From a virus: DNA of 64,000 bases. Positions 38,573-49,033 of this stretch are shown in pieces; positions within the stretch are counted from its first letter, which is position 1; every line of letters starts with the position of its first letter. The notes beneath the pieces are model-generated. The model made no database searches. It was not told where the DNA came from and worked only from the letters and a program-made list of their open reading frames with translations. The stretch lies in IMG/VR virus record IMGVR_UViG_3300025874_000006, positions 74,352 to 138,351 of that record; one strand, written 5' to 3'. The translations under genes were made by a program, and so were the position numbers.

Positions 38573-39385
38573 TTATTGTGGGTCGTATGTGCCCAATGTT
38601 TTTCTTCCGGCAAATGTCGGTGACAGTGCTTGAGGGTATGTCCAATTTGGCGAACTGTAAGGATTATTCATTTCTGAAAAATGGTAAACCCCACCATTAG
38701 ATGATGGTGACGCGGTTATTATTCCAGAAACTCCAGTACTGCCATATGAACCATAAATTGTTTGACTAGTATTAGCAGTTGTCCACAGAAACCCATATTT
38801 ACGTGTTCCACCAGTCCACGAACTCCATTCTAGAGGGTATGCAAAATAGAAATCGTCTCCGGTGGAACCACTTCTATCAGCACCATTCCAACCTTGTGCT
38901 AATCTACTACCATGGCCGTATAGTCCCGAATATGCTTGAGTAGGGTCTATCTGGACTTCACCTTCACTCGAACGGAACATTCTACTATCAAAGGTTATTC
39001 CTCCAGCATAAGCACTGCACTGTAGACCATAGGTGTCATAACTAATTCCATCGTCACTGGTCTTTAACACAACATAATTGACTCCAGTAACCTGGCCACT
39101 ACCCGTATTAAGACTAGAACCGCCCACATGTTCTTTCTGGAATTCCCACGTAATATTATCACCCGAACGGGTCTTCACCGCAGTAACTAGGATATTAGCA
39201 GAACCACTTGTTGGTCTGGTTAAATTAATCATCAACAGGTCACTAACTTTAGTGGTTATAGTGGAACCGAAAGAAAGAGTGCCCTTACTTGATTGGTAAG
39301 TGCCTGTTCCAACATTTCGACTATCAAAGAGAACTGCTTCGTTACCGTTTCGCGTTCCTGTAACCTGTAATCCGTAATCTGCCAT
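38573..39385 (-). CDS. Putative tail tip accessory protein
   Basis: Beta-rich; two YGL...FDSR modules (MADYGLQV..LFDSR and TYGLQCS..TFDSR). Confidence 0.6.
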   Translation of the reverse strand: MADYGLQVTGTRNGNEAVLFDSRNVGTGTYQSSKGTLSFGSTITTKVSDLLMINLTRPTSGSANILVTAVKTRSGDNITWEFQKEHVGGSSLNTGSGQVTGVNYVVLKTSDDGISYDTYGLQCSAYAGGITFDSRMFRSSEGEVQIDPTQAYSGLYGHGSRLAQGWNGADRSGSTGDDFYFAYPLEWSSWTGGTRKYGFLWTTANTSQTIYGSYGSTGVSGIITASPSSNGGVYHFSEMNNPYSSPNWTYPQALSPTFAGRKTLGTYDPQ

Positions 39386-39386
39386 T

Positions 39387-39671
39387 TTAATTTAACCTAA
39401 TCGCAACGTAACCAAAAAAGTTGGTAGATCCAGAAACGTTTTTTATAGTGAATGAAGTGCTGGTCTTAGTGATCGTAAATGCTCTTTCAATATTAACGGT
39501 TGGGCCAATAGCATAAACGTAGTCAAACCCTGTAGGGACGCTAATCGTCTCAGAGGCCTGATTGCCTAGGAACACAGTTCCGGAAGAACATACCTTGACA
39601 TAAGAATCCATATTCTCTGAGTCGAAAGCAATATATCCAGCTGCTGTCCAAATTTTTAAACCGTAAGCCAT
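39387..39671 (-). CDS. Small putative tail tip accessory protein
   Basis: MAYGLKIW..G.IAFDS start, typical of small genes that follow central-tip proteins. Confidence 0.65.
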   Translation of the reverse strand: MAYGLKIWTAAGYIAFDSENMDSYVKVCSSGTVFLGNQASETISVPTGFDYVYAIGPTVNIERAFTITKTSTSFTIKNVSGSTNFFGYVAIRLN

Positions 39672-40568
39672 TTATAACTCCGTTAAAGGGACTCTTGTAT
39701 TATGCAGTCTATTCTGCCCCTGTAAATTTTCTATTTCTTTTAGAAGAGATTTCATCCAAGAGATGAATCCCTTTCCTCTGTCACGACCACTTTCCTTTAC
39801 AGCAATACCCGATATTCGCAAATCGTAGATATATGTAGGATGTGTTTCGTCATGGGCAACCATCTTCAGTTCGCCTCTGTCGTGAGCATCTTTTAACTCT
39901 AAGTATTGAAAAGTGTCCTCTCCAACTACTAAATTTTTAAATCTGTATGGTAATACCTTTCTGGACATAAACACTAGTCTAGTGCTCAATTCGTCTATAC
40001 CCATTCCATATTTAAGAAGAGTTACATATCGTTTAAAATCCTCGACCTCATCTTCAGATACTTCGGGCATGTTGTCTGTCAACAAATCCCCTTGAGCTAG
40101 TAAGTCCCAGTCAACCACAACAGCCCCCTGAGTATATTTAGACGTTAATTTGGACATGTCCTCATTCGGTCTACTGGGGTCTTGACTTTTTGCGGTATTA
40201 TCCTGTTCTACGGAAGTTATGCTTATTTGATTAAACAATACAACCGCATCTGGAATATCTTTCTTTTCCATGAGTCTCTGGTAACACTTAACTCCCCTCG
40301 GCGTTAAGAAGTCATCACCGTCAATCAATACTGCATGTGATACACCGTCTTCATCAAACTGGTCTAGAAAACTGTTCTTACCAGTGGTTGCGGTACCATC
40401 ACTCTGTGTCACATAATAACGAATATCATTTTCGGTACAATACGATTGCGCTTGTTCTCGAAACGAGTCATCTAGAGTATTTATTATTACTGTGGTTTTA
40501 TTCTTTGGTAATGTCTTAAACTGTCGCTGTAGTGCATAAATGTTGTGACTAGACAAAACATAAAACAT
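39672..40568 (-). CDS. Glycosyltransferase-like protein (GT-A fold, DxDD)
   Basis: GTATTGKNS and HAVLIDGDDFL, GEDT; GT2-like spacing. Confidence 0.55.
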   Translation of the reverse strand: MFYVLSSHNIYALQRQFKTLPKNKTTVIINTLDDSFREQAQSYCTENDIRYYVTQSDGTATTGKNSFLDQFDEDGVSHAVLIDGDDFLTPRGVKCYQRLMEKKDIPDAVVLFNQISITSVEQDNTAKSQDPSRPNEDMSKLTSKYTQGAVVVDWDLLAQGDLLTDNMPEVSEDEVEDFKRYVTLLKYGMGIDELSTRLVFMSRKVLPYRFKNLVVGEDTFQYLELKDAHDRGELKMVAHDETHPTYIYDLRISGIAVKESGRDRGKGFISWMKSLLKEIENLQGQNRLHNTRVPLTEL

Positions 40569-40571
40569 ATA

Positions 40572-41825
40572 TTAACTCAATCTACCTAATTTAACCCGTA
40601 TATTATTACTCTCAAATATTGAAATAACATCATTTGTTATCTCCATATGAGAACCCGTTTCATTCGTACCTATATCTAGTTGTCCAGTAACTGTTGCATT
40701 TGACAACCGGACTTCGTTACCAGAAACAGTAAACGGTTGAATCTCATTATTAGAGGCATTAATTATTTTGAATGTGTCTGCGGTTATCGCAAAGTTTGCA
40801 GTGCTCCCGTTATTGTCTAAACGAATTCCTGCGATGTGATTGTTGACATTTAGGTCAAGTGCATAAACTGCACTAGCGCCAGAACTATTTGCAAGAGTGG
40901 TCAAAGATTGATTGACACTAGCAAAGTTGCTATCGACACTGGACGTTAATGCTGTTATGTCGTTCGCCTGAGAGGTCACTCGGCCGTCTATTAATGCGAC
41001 AGTCGCTGACAGTGCACTACGTGCGTTTGCTTCTGCCTGAATCTCCGCACCTGTGGTACTATCAAGAGCAGTAAGTGCAGCATCCAATGAAGTAATCTTA
41101 GCCGCTTCCAGTGTCATCTTATCACTATCAGCATCAAGTCTGAGGGTCAACTCATCCAGTGCACCACCGATTGCCTCAGTAACCTGTTCTGGGGTAAGGT
41201 CGATTCCATCTGTGATTAGTTGGTTGAGGTCTATGTTTAACTGCGTCACGTCCCCTACGACAGCGGACAACCCATTAGAGTTTGCAGTCACAGTAGAGGT
41301 CAATGCACTTACGGCATTAGTCTGGATATCGATTCGGTCATTGGTCGCAGAATCTAAAAGAAGTAAACTTGCATTTACACTGTCTATGTTGCCTGCAAAT
41401 ACACTAACACTACTATCTGTTGCATCGATACGTGAAACTAGACTGGTGTTTGCATTCGCAATAGCATTTGCAAGTAAGTCAGAATCGATACCACCTAGAA
41501 CAACGCCTTCAAGTTGCGCTCGAGTTTCAGCCTGTTGAGTTGCGAGAACAGTGATTCCACTATCGGTCTGAGTGATACTTGCATGTAATGTCAATAGTGA
41601 GGCTGCGTTCGCTGCAATACCTGCTTCAACATCAGTTAGGTCAACGTTAGTAGTTAGAGTGAATTGACTCAAATATTCTTGGTTAACTACATTGGTGATA
41701 TTTGCAGAATCGAGACCACCACCAAAAGCTCCTGTTGCTACCAACTCGAAGTTTTCATTAATCTTATCGAATGCCGCATTGACATTATCCGCAAGATTGA
41801 CTAATTGTATGTTACCTGTGCTCAT
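40572..41825 (-). CDS. Coiled-coil fibre/tip protein with DUF1983-like domain
   Basis: N-terminal NAAFDKINENF, heptad stalk, YALDLNVNNHIAGIRL..ANFAITADTFKI, C-terminal RVKLGRL as in lambda gpJ-like tips. Confidence 0.75.
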   Translation of the reverse strand: MSTGNIQLVNLADNVNAAFDKINENFELVATGAFGGGLDSANITNVVNQEYLSQFTLTTNVDLTDVEAGIAANAASLLTLHASITQTDSGITVLATQQAETRAQLEGVVLGGIDSDLLANAIANANTSLVSRIDATDSSVSVFAGNIDSVNASLLLLDSATNDRIDIQTNAVSALTSTVTANSNGLSAVVGDVTQLNIDLNQLITDGIDLTPEQVTEAIGGALDELTLRLDADSDKMTLEAAKITSLDAALTALDSTTGAEIQAEANARSALSATVALIDGRVTSQANDITALTSSVDSNFASVNQSLTTLANSSGASAVYALDLNVNNHIAGIRLDNNGSTANFAITADTFKIINASNNEIQPFTVSGNEVRLSNATVTGQLDIGTNETGSHMEITNDVISIFESNNIRVKLGRLS

Positions 41826-42051
41826 CTTTATCCTCTACTAAACGAAAAAGCAATTCTTTTATTTGATTCATATCAGTTCTTAGAGCGTCAACTTCGCTAG
41901 TTAGATTGATGATATGGGCTTCTTTTTGTTGCGTTACTATTTTTAGTTTTCTTGCTCTTTCTATTTCGTTTCTATTGGTATTTAGGATAGCACCAGTTCG
42001 TCTATCCCTCACTAAATTACTATGTCCACTGACTCGTTGATGTCTGTCCAT
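41812..42051 (-). CDS. Small conserved hypothetical protein
   Basis: GHSNLVRDRRTGAILNTN plus C-terminal coiled coil; coupled to the upstream baseplate gene. Confidence 0.75.
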   Translation of the reverse strand: MDRHQRVSGHSNLVRDRRTGAILNTNRNEIERARKLKIVTQQKEAHIINLTSEVDALRTDMNQIKELLFRLVEDKDEHR

Positions 42052-45000
42052 TATACCACCAGAGCAATCACTCGAAGGTCTCTAATGATAGGAGACTTAC
42101 TTGAGTTGGTAGACTTCATCTCAATCTTCACTTGGAATACCGAGAACAAGTCAGCGTCAACTGTATACTCGTAATCGCGGAACACTTCAGGGTCTTCGTC
42201 AGAAGGGATTATTTTATCCGTAGGTACTAATACCCAATCAATTACAGAGTCACCTTCAGAATCAACCTGATTCAAACTATCTTCATCAGCTGCAGTTCTA
42301 ATATAAACGTCAAACTCTGATGTTGAAGGTCGGTTCGCTGCAAATATAATCTTCAGACCCACCGAGGATTCGTCAACCACTGTAGGTGTAGTTATATGTT
42401 GTGCAGAATCATCGAGTCCGATAACATTCTCAAGAGTAAGAACCGAAGTCCTTTGTAGGTCAACAATCGGAGAGACCTTAGAGTCTTGGGTAGCCAAAGT
42501 GATAGAAAGTGACAAGTTAGGAGATGTCCCCGCATTGTCTTCTGTCGATACAACCTTCGGGGTGGTGTTGATATTAATATCATTCAAGAAAACTAATTGG
42601 TTTCCTGTACTGTTGTACAGGTTACTTGGAGTTCCAGAAGAACGACCACTTCCGTATGATGAACCTTCTGTAGTACTTCCTTGGGCAACAACGGTTGTTG
42701 TGTTCGGGGTAAGCGTCTGTATTAATGGAACGAACTGGTCAAACATAACTTGTTGAGATGCAGTCACGTCATTACCACCACCTACAGAACTACCGGACGC
42801 TAATGTTGTTACGTCTATAGTATACCCTTCCCAAGTTGGATTTATAACTTGGAATAGACCTTCTAGGTCAGATGTGAGTAACCCGCCTGTACCATTGGTC
42901 ACGTCCGATATAGACACGGTATCACCAGAAGTGAACCCGTGACCTTCATGGCTAACAGTAACCAGAGAAGAACCAGAAGTAGTTTCGAAAGGGTCTGTCC
43001 CTAGAGTGACCTTCGGTAAAGGTGCGTTATCAAGAAGAAGTGTTCCGGAAGCACTGAAGTCTGCACGGTCTAATTCGAACATGAGGTCTTTAGTTTGATC
43101 GGGTGTCCAAGTAAATCCGTTCTGTGATAGGAATAGTGAACCTAGAGTAGGTTGTTTAGATACCCTATCCTCTCTTGAACCAAATACATTCTTATAAGTC
43201 TCGGCAATATAAACGTTATACTCTACCGACTCTGCAAGTAGGATTATCGCATATTCTTCACCACTTGTCAAGTAAATTGGTTCATCAAACTCAACTATTG
43301 TTGCAGCTGCTTGGACATCTTCGATTGTTTCTGGGTTTGTCGCAACGGTAATATCAGCAGGGTCGATAAACTTAACTGCGCCAGGCAGAATAATGTTTGT
43401 AGGAATACCATTCTCTACTGAACGAATCTGTACCTGTAGTGGAATGTTTTGGTCGACAGTCTCAACGAAGATACGTGCCTTGGTCAAAAACATACCATTT
43501 GGATTTTCTATCTGGTCTACAAAGAAAGTCTGTGCAAGTGGGTCTCTTCGACCAGCACGTCTACCTACCAAACGAGTACTACGTACAGTTCTCTGTACGT
43601 TTTCAATTGTACCTGTAGAGGTGTAAGATGCACGAGTAGAACAAAGTGCTTCAGTTTCATCATCAACACTTACGTCTAATAGTTTAAATTCCTGTGTACC
43701 CGTACGGAAGTTTATGGCAGAAGTGTTCGGTAGGAAGAACGTACCGATTATCTCACCCTTAGAATCTGTTTCTAAAGTAGTTGATCCACCAAGAACAGCA
43801 GGGTATCCAGTTGCATTTGCATATTGGCTACCAAACTCTTGAGTATCATCAGAGAAGTTAGTTGCGGTTACTTCTTGTCGTACCCATGCACTGACATCAA
43901 CCCCACCAAAGAATGCGAACATTTTAGTATTAGGTCGTAGTCCTTTAACAGTAAAGTTGATTCTACGAGAACGCATGAACGGAACAATTTCTACGTTTGC
44001 TACTTGTTCACCGATGAAGTCTTGAATGCTTCGTGATGCTGTTCGGAAAGACACGTCTCTAGGTATTGTGGTAAACAAACCACTGTTACTGGCATTGTTA
44101 CTCAATCTACCCGAGCGCAAAGCTGGTCTAGTATCGAAATCTTCCGTGCGAGTTTCGTCAAATCTACGAATAGTAGTTTGCATGATAGGTGGTAGGTTAC
44201 GAGTCTCTACCCATTCATCTGATGATGGAGACAGGTTCATATGTCCTGTCTGAGTGATTACCGCAAATGGGTTGACGTTCATTGTACTAGTTGCTAACAA
44301 CTGTGACACCAACGAAACATCGATATATGGTAGAGTTACTAGATCACCCTTCTTAGTAACAGAAGTTGTATTGTCTGTACTATACACCATTCGTACGGAG
44401 TTCTCACGGAAAGACGGTTTCAACCGACCATTAGGGTCGATGGAAGCTCGGTAGTCCTGATTATCGATATCCGAGAAATCAAAGTTAGTAAAGTTGTCTG
44501 CGATGAATCCCGCCTTAGTTCTGGAAAGACCATTATCATCTAATACATTTAATGTATTGGTATTAGTTTCCAAAAGACTTAGTGTGGTCAATTCGTATAG
44601 ATCTTCTACTCTCTCCGATAGTTTGGAGATGTCTTTCATCGTAAATCGTTTGTTTGGAATATATGTGCTTGAAAGATCGGTGACTCCAAAAGTGTATGGA
44701 TTCAACTTGAACTTATACAACGCAAGAGAACCTGTAGGCACTTCTGGTTCACGTGGACTTTCAGCTGGTTCGCCTTGGACAACTTGTAACTCACCAAACC
44801 CAATGTCCCCTCGACTGTCTATAGCATTAGCAACAAGTATGTCGATACGAGGCAAGTAGTACGACATATTGTTGATAGTAATTGCCGAAGAATTCTGGGG
44901 TAATGGGAAAATGTCGAATTCGTTAGTGTAACTAGAAGTGGGTTTCCTGACTGGTCGGAAGTCTAGTACGTCACGTAGAGAAATCACTTCACCTGTAACT

Positions 45001-47003
45001 GTAGTATGACTAGGAATTTCATCATAGTCATCTAAGTCATATGAGTTTGCAGCAAAGTATTGTCCGATGTTCTCATGTACGTAGTAAGTAAACTCAACTT
45101 TGACCTGAGATTCTGCGCCAGAAGGTATATTATACCCAGGCTTGATAAGTACTTGCGCATTATCATAGAAGTTGTCTCGTTGACCACCATCTAATGTAAA
45201 CTGGTAAGTGATATCTTCCCAATCGTCTGTAGCTAAAAGTTTATGTTGAACGGATTGAATTTCTATTGCGTCCGCAACATCTAGAGTAATAGGTCGTCTC
45301 TCCCAGTCTACTGACGGTATATCTTGAGTCACTGTCGCAGCAGTTATGGTTTTCTTACGTGGTGCAGAGGTCACTTCTTCGAATGATAAGATTTTATAAT
45401 TTCCACCAGCAGTTAATCCGGTGTAAGTGCCGTTAGTCGTAGTTATAGGAAGAATAGGCCCAGCGTCTTCAGCGATTACCCAACTAGAATATTCAGTACC
45501 TGCTATAGTGATTTCACCACTAGAGTTTGCAGTTACTTCATGATATACCTGTATGGTATAGTTAGCAGTGATTGCATCCTTAGTCGGACTTTTACTAGGT
45601 AGAGGGAAGAGTAGGTTGTTGTCCGCAGTAGCATAAAGATTACTGTTGATAAGTGGCAACACGTCTCCTGACAAAGGGTCGTCCAGTTCAACTGCATCCG
45701 AGAAGTTTTCGGTACCTATTCGGCCGGTTTGATCGAATATACCGTTCATTAATATGTTGAATAGGTAGGCACGATATCCTGTAGCATCCTGTTCAATTGC
45801 TCGGATATTTGCATAACCAATGACATCGTTCGTTACATTTTTTATACGTACATAACCGAACACATCTAGACGACCGATACCTTGACAGTTATCTGCATCG
45901 ATGTACACATAGTTACCAAATCTAGCTTCAACATTCTCATTAGTTTTATCAATAGTGTCTCTTGCTTTTGGTACCGTTATATCCGTGGTGCCGATTTCTA
46001 GTCGATAACCGTCTACGTAAGCAATACCTTCGGTCACGTCTAGATTTAAGTTGGTGTCATCGAGTTCTTCAAAGATTGCTTTGAACTGTTCTACTACGTA
46101 GTCACCAGACTCTTCTTTAGTTCTTTGTGCGAGTAGATCGTTGATTCTATTGTAGGCATCGAACGTAGACACTTCGCGAGTGATAACTCCATCGACAACA
46201 CGTGCAATGAATACGAAGTTCTCTTCTTCTTCAACTTGTTCACGCGTGGTTGGAGTTAATTTAATTTGGTATCTGTGAGCGCCAGGAGCTGTTGCATTAG
46301 GAACCTCACCTTGGTTGTCATATAGACTATCGTCTTCACCTTCAGTGATGATTGTCTGTACAATTCGGAAACCTACATCAACTGTTGGTAGGGCACTATA
46401 CTTGTCGATGAAAGAACTACCACCTTCCATATAGACGAAGTGTCCCTGAACAAAGAAGTCACCAGCAGCAAAGTATGCTTTAGTTCCACGGCCAGTTGCC
46501 GGAATTGCACCGTCTGCGGCAACAGTGATACTAGATGACACCGTTCCGTCTAGTGCGACTAGAGTGTCTAGAGCAGAAATACGAGGAGCAACTGTATTGT
46601 CAGTTACTACCGAGGTGTCCATGTATTGGACATAAAGAGTTGCTGGGTCGGTTGCTGTCGCCTCTACTACCTCTACTACCTTTACCTCAATACCCTTATC
46701 AACAAGAGTGCCGTTAGTTAGGGTTTTACCTAGTAGGTCTGGGGAGAGGATGCTAACAGCATCTAGACGAATGTATTCTAATCTGTTATCTACAGTAGCG
46801 CCGCCTGGGTTTACCAGAGCACCTTCTTTGAAGATGTTACGGCCGAATCGTGCAATCTCTTCTTGGATGATTGTCTGAGACTCAATTAGTTCACGTGCCT
46901 GTAGTGCTCGTCCAGAGTTAAACAATACTCGATGATAACCATCTTCTTCTTTCCAGAAATCTCTGTATGTTTCTTCGAACGTTTTGTTTGTAAAATCTGC
47001 CAT
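42051..47003 (-). CDS. Large baseplate/virion structural protein (DUF4815 / VrlC-like)
   Basis: YHRVLFNSGRALQARELIESQ, LAQRTKEESGDYVV, EGIAYVDGY, LDFRP, DPLAQTFFV, SLFLSQNGFTWTPDQTKDLMF, PIIRDLRVIAL. Confidence 0.9.
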   Translation of the reverse strand: MADFTNKTFEETYRDFWKEEDGYHRVLFNSGRALQARELIESQTIIQEEIARFGRNIFKEGALVNPGGATVDNRLEYIRLDAVSILSPDLLGKTLTNGTLVDKGIEVKVVEVVEATATDPATLYVQYMDTSVVTDNTVAPRISALDTLVALDGTVSSSITVAADGAIPATGRGTKAYFAAGDFFVQGHFVYMEGGSSFIDKYSALPTVDVGFRIVQTIITEGEDDSLYDNQGEVPNATAPGAHRYQIKLTPTTREQVEEEENFVFIARVVDGVITREVSTFDAYNRINDLLAQRTKEESGDYVVEQFKAIFEELDDTNLNLDVTEGIAYVDGYRLEIGTTDITVPKARDTIDKTNENVEARFGNYVYIDADNCQGIGRLDVFGYVRIKNVTNDVIGYANIRAIEQDATGYRAYLFNILMNGIFDQTGRIGTENFSDAVELDDPLSGDVLPLINSNLYATADNNLLFPLPSKSPTKDAITANYTIQVYHEVTANSSGEITIAGTEYSSWVIAEDAGPILPITTTNGTYTGLTAGGNYKILSFEEVTSAPRKKTITAATVTQDIPSVDWERRPITLDVADAIEIQSVQHKLLATDDWEDITYQFTLDGGQRDNFYDNAQVLIKPGYNIPSGAESQVKVEFTYYVHENIGQYFAANSYDLDDYDEIPSHTTVTGEVISLRDVLDFRPVRKPTSSYTNEFDIFPLPQNSSAITINNMSYYLPRIDILVANAIDSRGDIGFGELQVVQGEPAESPREPEVPTGSLALYKFKLNPYTFGVTDLSSTYIPNKRFTMKDISKLSERVEDLYELTTLSLLETNTNTLNVLDDNGLSRTKAGFIADNFTNFDFSDIDNQDYRASIDPNGRLKPSFRENSVRMVYSTDNTTSVTKKGDLVTLPYIDVSLVSQLLATSTMNVNPFAVITQTGHMNLSPSSDEWVETRNLPPIMQTTIRRFDETRTEDFDTRPALRSGRLSNNASNSGLFTTIPRDVSFRTASRSIQDFIGEQVANVEIVPFMRSRRINFTVKGLRPNTKMFAFFGGVDVSAWVRQEVTATNFSDDTQEFGSQYANATGYPAVLGGSTTLETDSKGEIIGTFFLPNTSAINFRTGTQEFKLLDVSVDDETEALCSTRASYTSTGTIENVQRTVRSTRLVGRRAGRRDPLAQTFFVDQIENPNGMFLTKARIFVETVDQNIPLQVQIRSVENGIPTNIILPGAVKFIDPADITVATNPETIEDVQAAATIVEFDEPIYLTSGEEYAIILLAESVEYNVYIAETYKNVFGSREDRVSKQPTLGSLFLSQNGFTWTPDQTKDLMFELDRADFSASGTLLLDNAPLPKVTLGTDPFETTSGSSLVTVSHEGHGFTSGDTVSISDVTNGTGGLLTSDLEGLFQVINPTWEGYTIDVTTLASGSSVGGGNDVTASQQVMFDQFVPLIQTLTPNTTTVVAQGSTTEGSSYGSGRSSGTPSNLYNSTGNQLVFLNDININTTPKVVSTEDNAGTSPNLSLSITLATQDSKVSPIVDLQRTSVLTLENVIGLDDSAQHITTPTVVDESSVGLKIIFAANRPSTSEFDVYIRTAADEDSLNQVDSEGDSVIDWVLVPTDKIIPSDEDPEVFRDYEYTVDADLFSVFQVKIEMKSTNSSKSPIIRDLRVIALVV

Positions 47004-47011
47004 GATTAATC

Positions 47012-48346
47012 CTAAACGGTGATTACTATCTTGATGTCTTCTTGTTGTTCTGCGTCACGTCGTATTCTTGCTCGGTTCTCAATATATAGTACATCTCCTG
47101 AGAATCGATTTATACCATTTACTGATGACATAGATTCAATTTCTCCAGATACCGCAACACCTGCTTGGGATACAGATTCACCCACTTGAAATGCTTGGAA
47201 TCCAGTAGATTCATTTTGGTGGTAATGTACTACAGAACCAGCAGACTCATCCACGTGTGCAACTGCACCAGAGATTGCGCCTGTTATCGTCTTACCCGAC
47301 TCGAAAGGAGAAGAGTTGACAAGGGTAATTGTCGGTAGTACTTTAGCAGAGGTTGCTACGAAAGGTGAAGTGTCCGGAGCTAGTGGGTTCTTTACTACAC
47401 CCATCTGACGGAAAGTGTTCTCCACAACAAACGTGTCATCTACAACACCATCTGGTTTGATGTTCATAAGAACTGAATTTGTTTTCAAATCTTCTATAGG
47501 GTCGAAACCAATACCAGTTGCGCTGGTAACGATAGCACGAAGTTCGCAGTCGTATCCACCACCACCACCAACTTCAAATGATGCGGAGGAATACCCTGAA
47601 CCATAGTTGGTCATTTCAATTCTAGTTACCACACCTTCGGATACATGAGCAACAGCTGTTGCACCCACACCATTTCCGATTACGGTCAACGTAGGAGCTA
47701 CGGTATAACCCGAACCACCGTTCTCTACAGATGCACTGATAACCTGTCCACCAACTGCACCAAGTTTAACAGTAGTCTGTAGGTCTTCGATAGGGTCTCC
47801 CGTAGGAAGACTTGGTTCTGCTTCTTGGACAGGAATGTGATTAGACGATAGGAACTGGAAGATGGTCTCTGGTCGTAGAGAATATAGGAATTTCCATGTA
47901 TACCCGTCTACTGTAGTAAAGTGTTGTTCGTAAGGCACATTAAGCAGACCATAGTTAGGTTCTACCATAGATGGTTTAGGTGACCCGTCTAGGTTCTTAG
48001 CGTGGTCTAAGCAGATGTACACTTCCTTTGCATCGTTCAATACGTACCAAGGTGTGGTGTTCTCTGGGTCGACTGAATCGTCCCATCCGGCGTAAGTAGT
48101 ACCGGAAGACCAGTTTACTCTTTTCGCTACGAATGTAGACCCTTCTACTTTCTTGATTGATTGTAGGTTGTGACGAAACTCTCTTTCTTCAAATGGAGAG
48201 TCGATAGGGGATATAACCGTATCTTCTTGATTGAAGAGGTCAGACTTACCAATACCGATATAATATTCATTGGAAGATGTCTGGATATCAGTAAGGAGAC
48301 TTCTCGCTAAACTCCTACCCATTGTTTGTCTTACTATAGCTGGCAT
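47012..48346 (-). CDS. gp8: Baseplate wedge subunit
   Basis: YYIGIGKS, RVNWSSGTTY..WDD, YVLNDAKEVYICL, DGYTWKFLY, GDVLYIENR..R..EQQEDIKIVI. Confidence 0.88.
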   Translation of the reverse strand: MPAIVRQTMGRSLARSLLTDIQTSSNEYYIGIGKSDLFNQEDTVISPIDSPFEEREFRHNLQSIKKVEGSTFVAKRVNWSSGTTYAGWDDSVDPENTTPWYVLNDAKEVYICLDHAKNLDGSPKPSMVEPNYGLLNVPYEQHFTTVDGYTWKFLYSLRPETIFQFLSSNHIPVQEAEPSLPTGDPIEDLQTTVKLGAVGGQVISASVENGGSGYTVAPTLTVIGNGVGATAVAHVSEGVVTRIEMTNYGSGYSSASFEVGGGGGYDCELRAIVTSATGIGFDPIEDLKTNSVLMNIKPDGVVDDTFVVENTFRQMGVVKNPLAPDTSPFVATSAKVLPTITLVNSSPFESGKTITGAISGAVAHVDESAGSVVHYHQNESTGFQAFQVGESVSQAGVAVSGEIESMSSVNGINRFSGDVLYIENRARIRRDAEQQEDIKIVITV

Positions 48347-48382
48347 CTTTCTATCCTGTGCAGTGTTGAAAACATTTGTAGT

Positions 48383-48390
48383 TATTTATA
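48383..48390 (-). promoter_or_regulatory. Late promoter for gp8
   Basis: Exact TATAAATA. Confidence 0.85.
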
Positions 48391-48418
48391 CTAATTATAA
48401 GGCATTATTTTTATTTTT

Positions 48419-48970
48419 CTATTTTGCGTCAAAGAAAAATGTCTGAAACAGTCTTCCGTCTTCCTTACCCAACCCAAAGCCAGGAATTGTGGAACAATGA
48501 TAGTACATTGAATCATAAATGACAGCACGGTTATAGATGTTCTTTATCTCCGTAACTATCTCCCAATCTTCCATCAAGGTAGGGGTTTCATTAAAGTCCG
48601 GCAGACCTTCTTCGTGTCTCATTATACCTGTTGTTTTATGTCGATACATTGATGTACCGGAATCTAACATAGGGTTGGGGTGGAGATATACCACAGCGGC
48701 ATACGACATCGCATCGTGATGTACCCAAGTAGTATCCTTCCAAGTGGTATATTGAAATGAGGTATTGTATTCATCCAAAGGAAAGTTCGTTATCTTCTTA
48801 TTAAGGATGTTTTCAAAAGAGGTCTTCATCTCTTCAATGTAGTTACCATCATTACTGCACGGTTCTGTGCGAAGGCCAGGATAGTTTCCCGAAACATTGA
48901 AGTCTAAACTTAGTGCGAATTCACGAACGGAATCCGGATTCTTGTAGAAATTTTCTACCACGTGTATCAT
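48419..48970 (-). CDS. 2OG-Fe(II) oxygenase (DUF6445-like)
   Basis: VVENFYKNPDSVREFAL, GNYPGLRT, WVHHD..AAVVYL, YNRAVIY..YHCS, GRLFQTFFF. Confidence 0.85.
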   Translation of the reverse strand: MIHVVENFYKNPDSVREFALSLDFNVSGNYPGLRTEPCSNDGNYIEEMKTSFENILNKKITNFPLDEYNTSFQYTTWKDTTWVHHDAMSYAAVVYLHPNPMLDSGTSMYRHKTTGIMRHEEGLPDFNETPTLMEDWEIVTEIKNIYNRAVIYDSMYYHCSTIPGFGLGKEDGRLFQTFFFDAK

Positions 48971-48985
48971 ATAAGCATTCTCTAG

Positions 48986-49008
48986 AAAAAGGGGAACCGA
49001 AGTTCCCC
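48986..49008 (-). terminator. Rho-independent terminator after the collagen fibre gene
   Basis: GGGGAAC-TTCG-GTTCCCC-T5. Confidence 0.9.
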
Positions 49009-49033
49009 CTGCAAATTAATATGTCGTTAGTAC

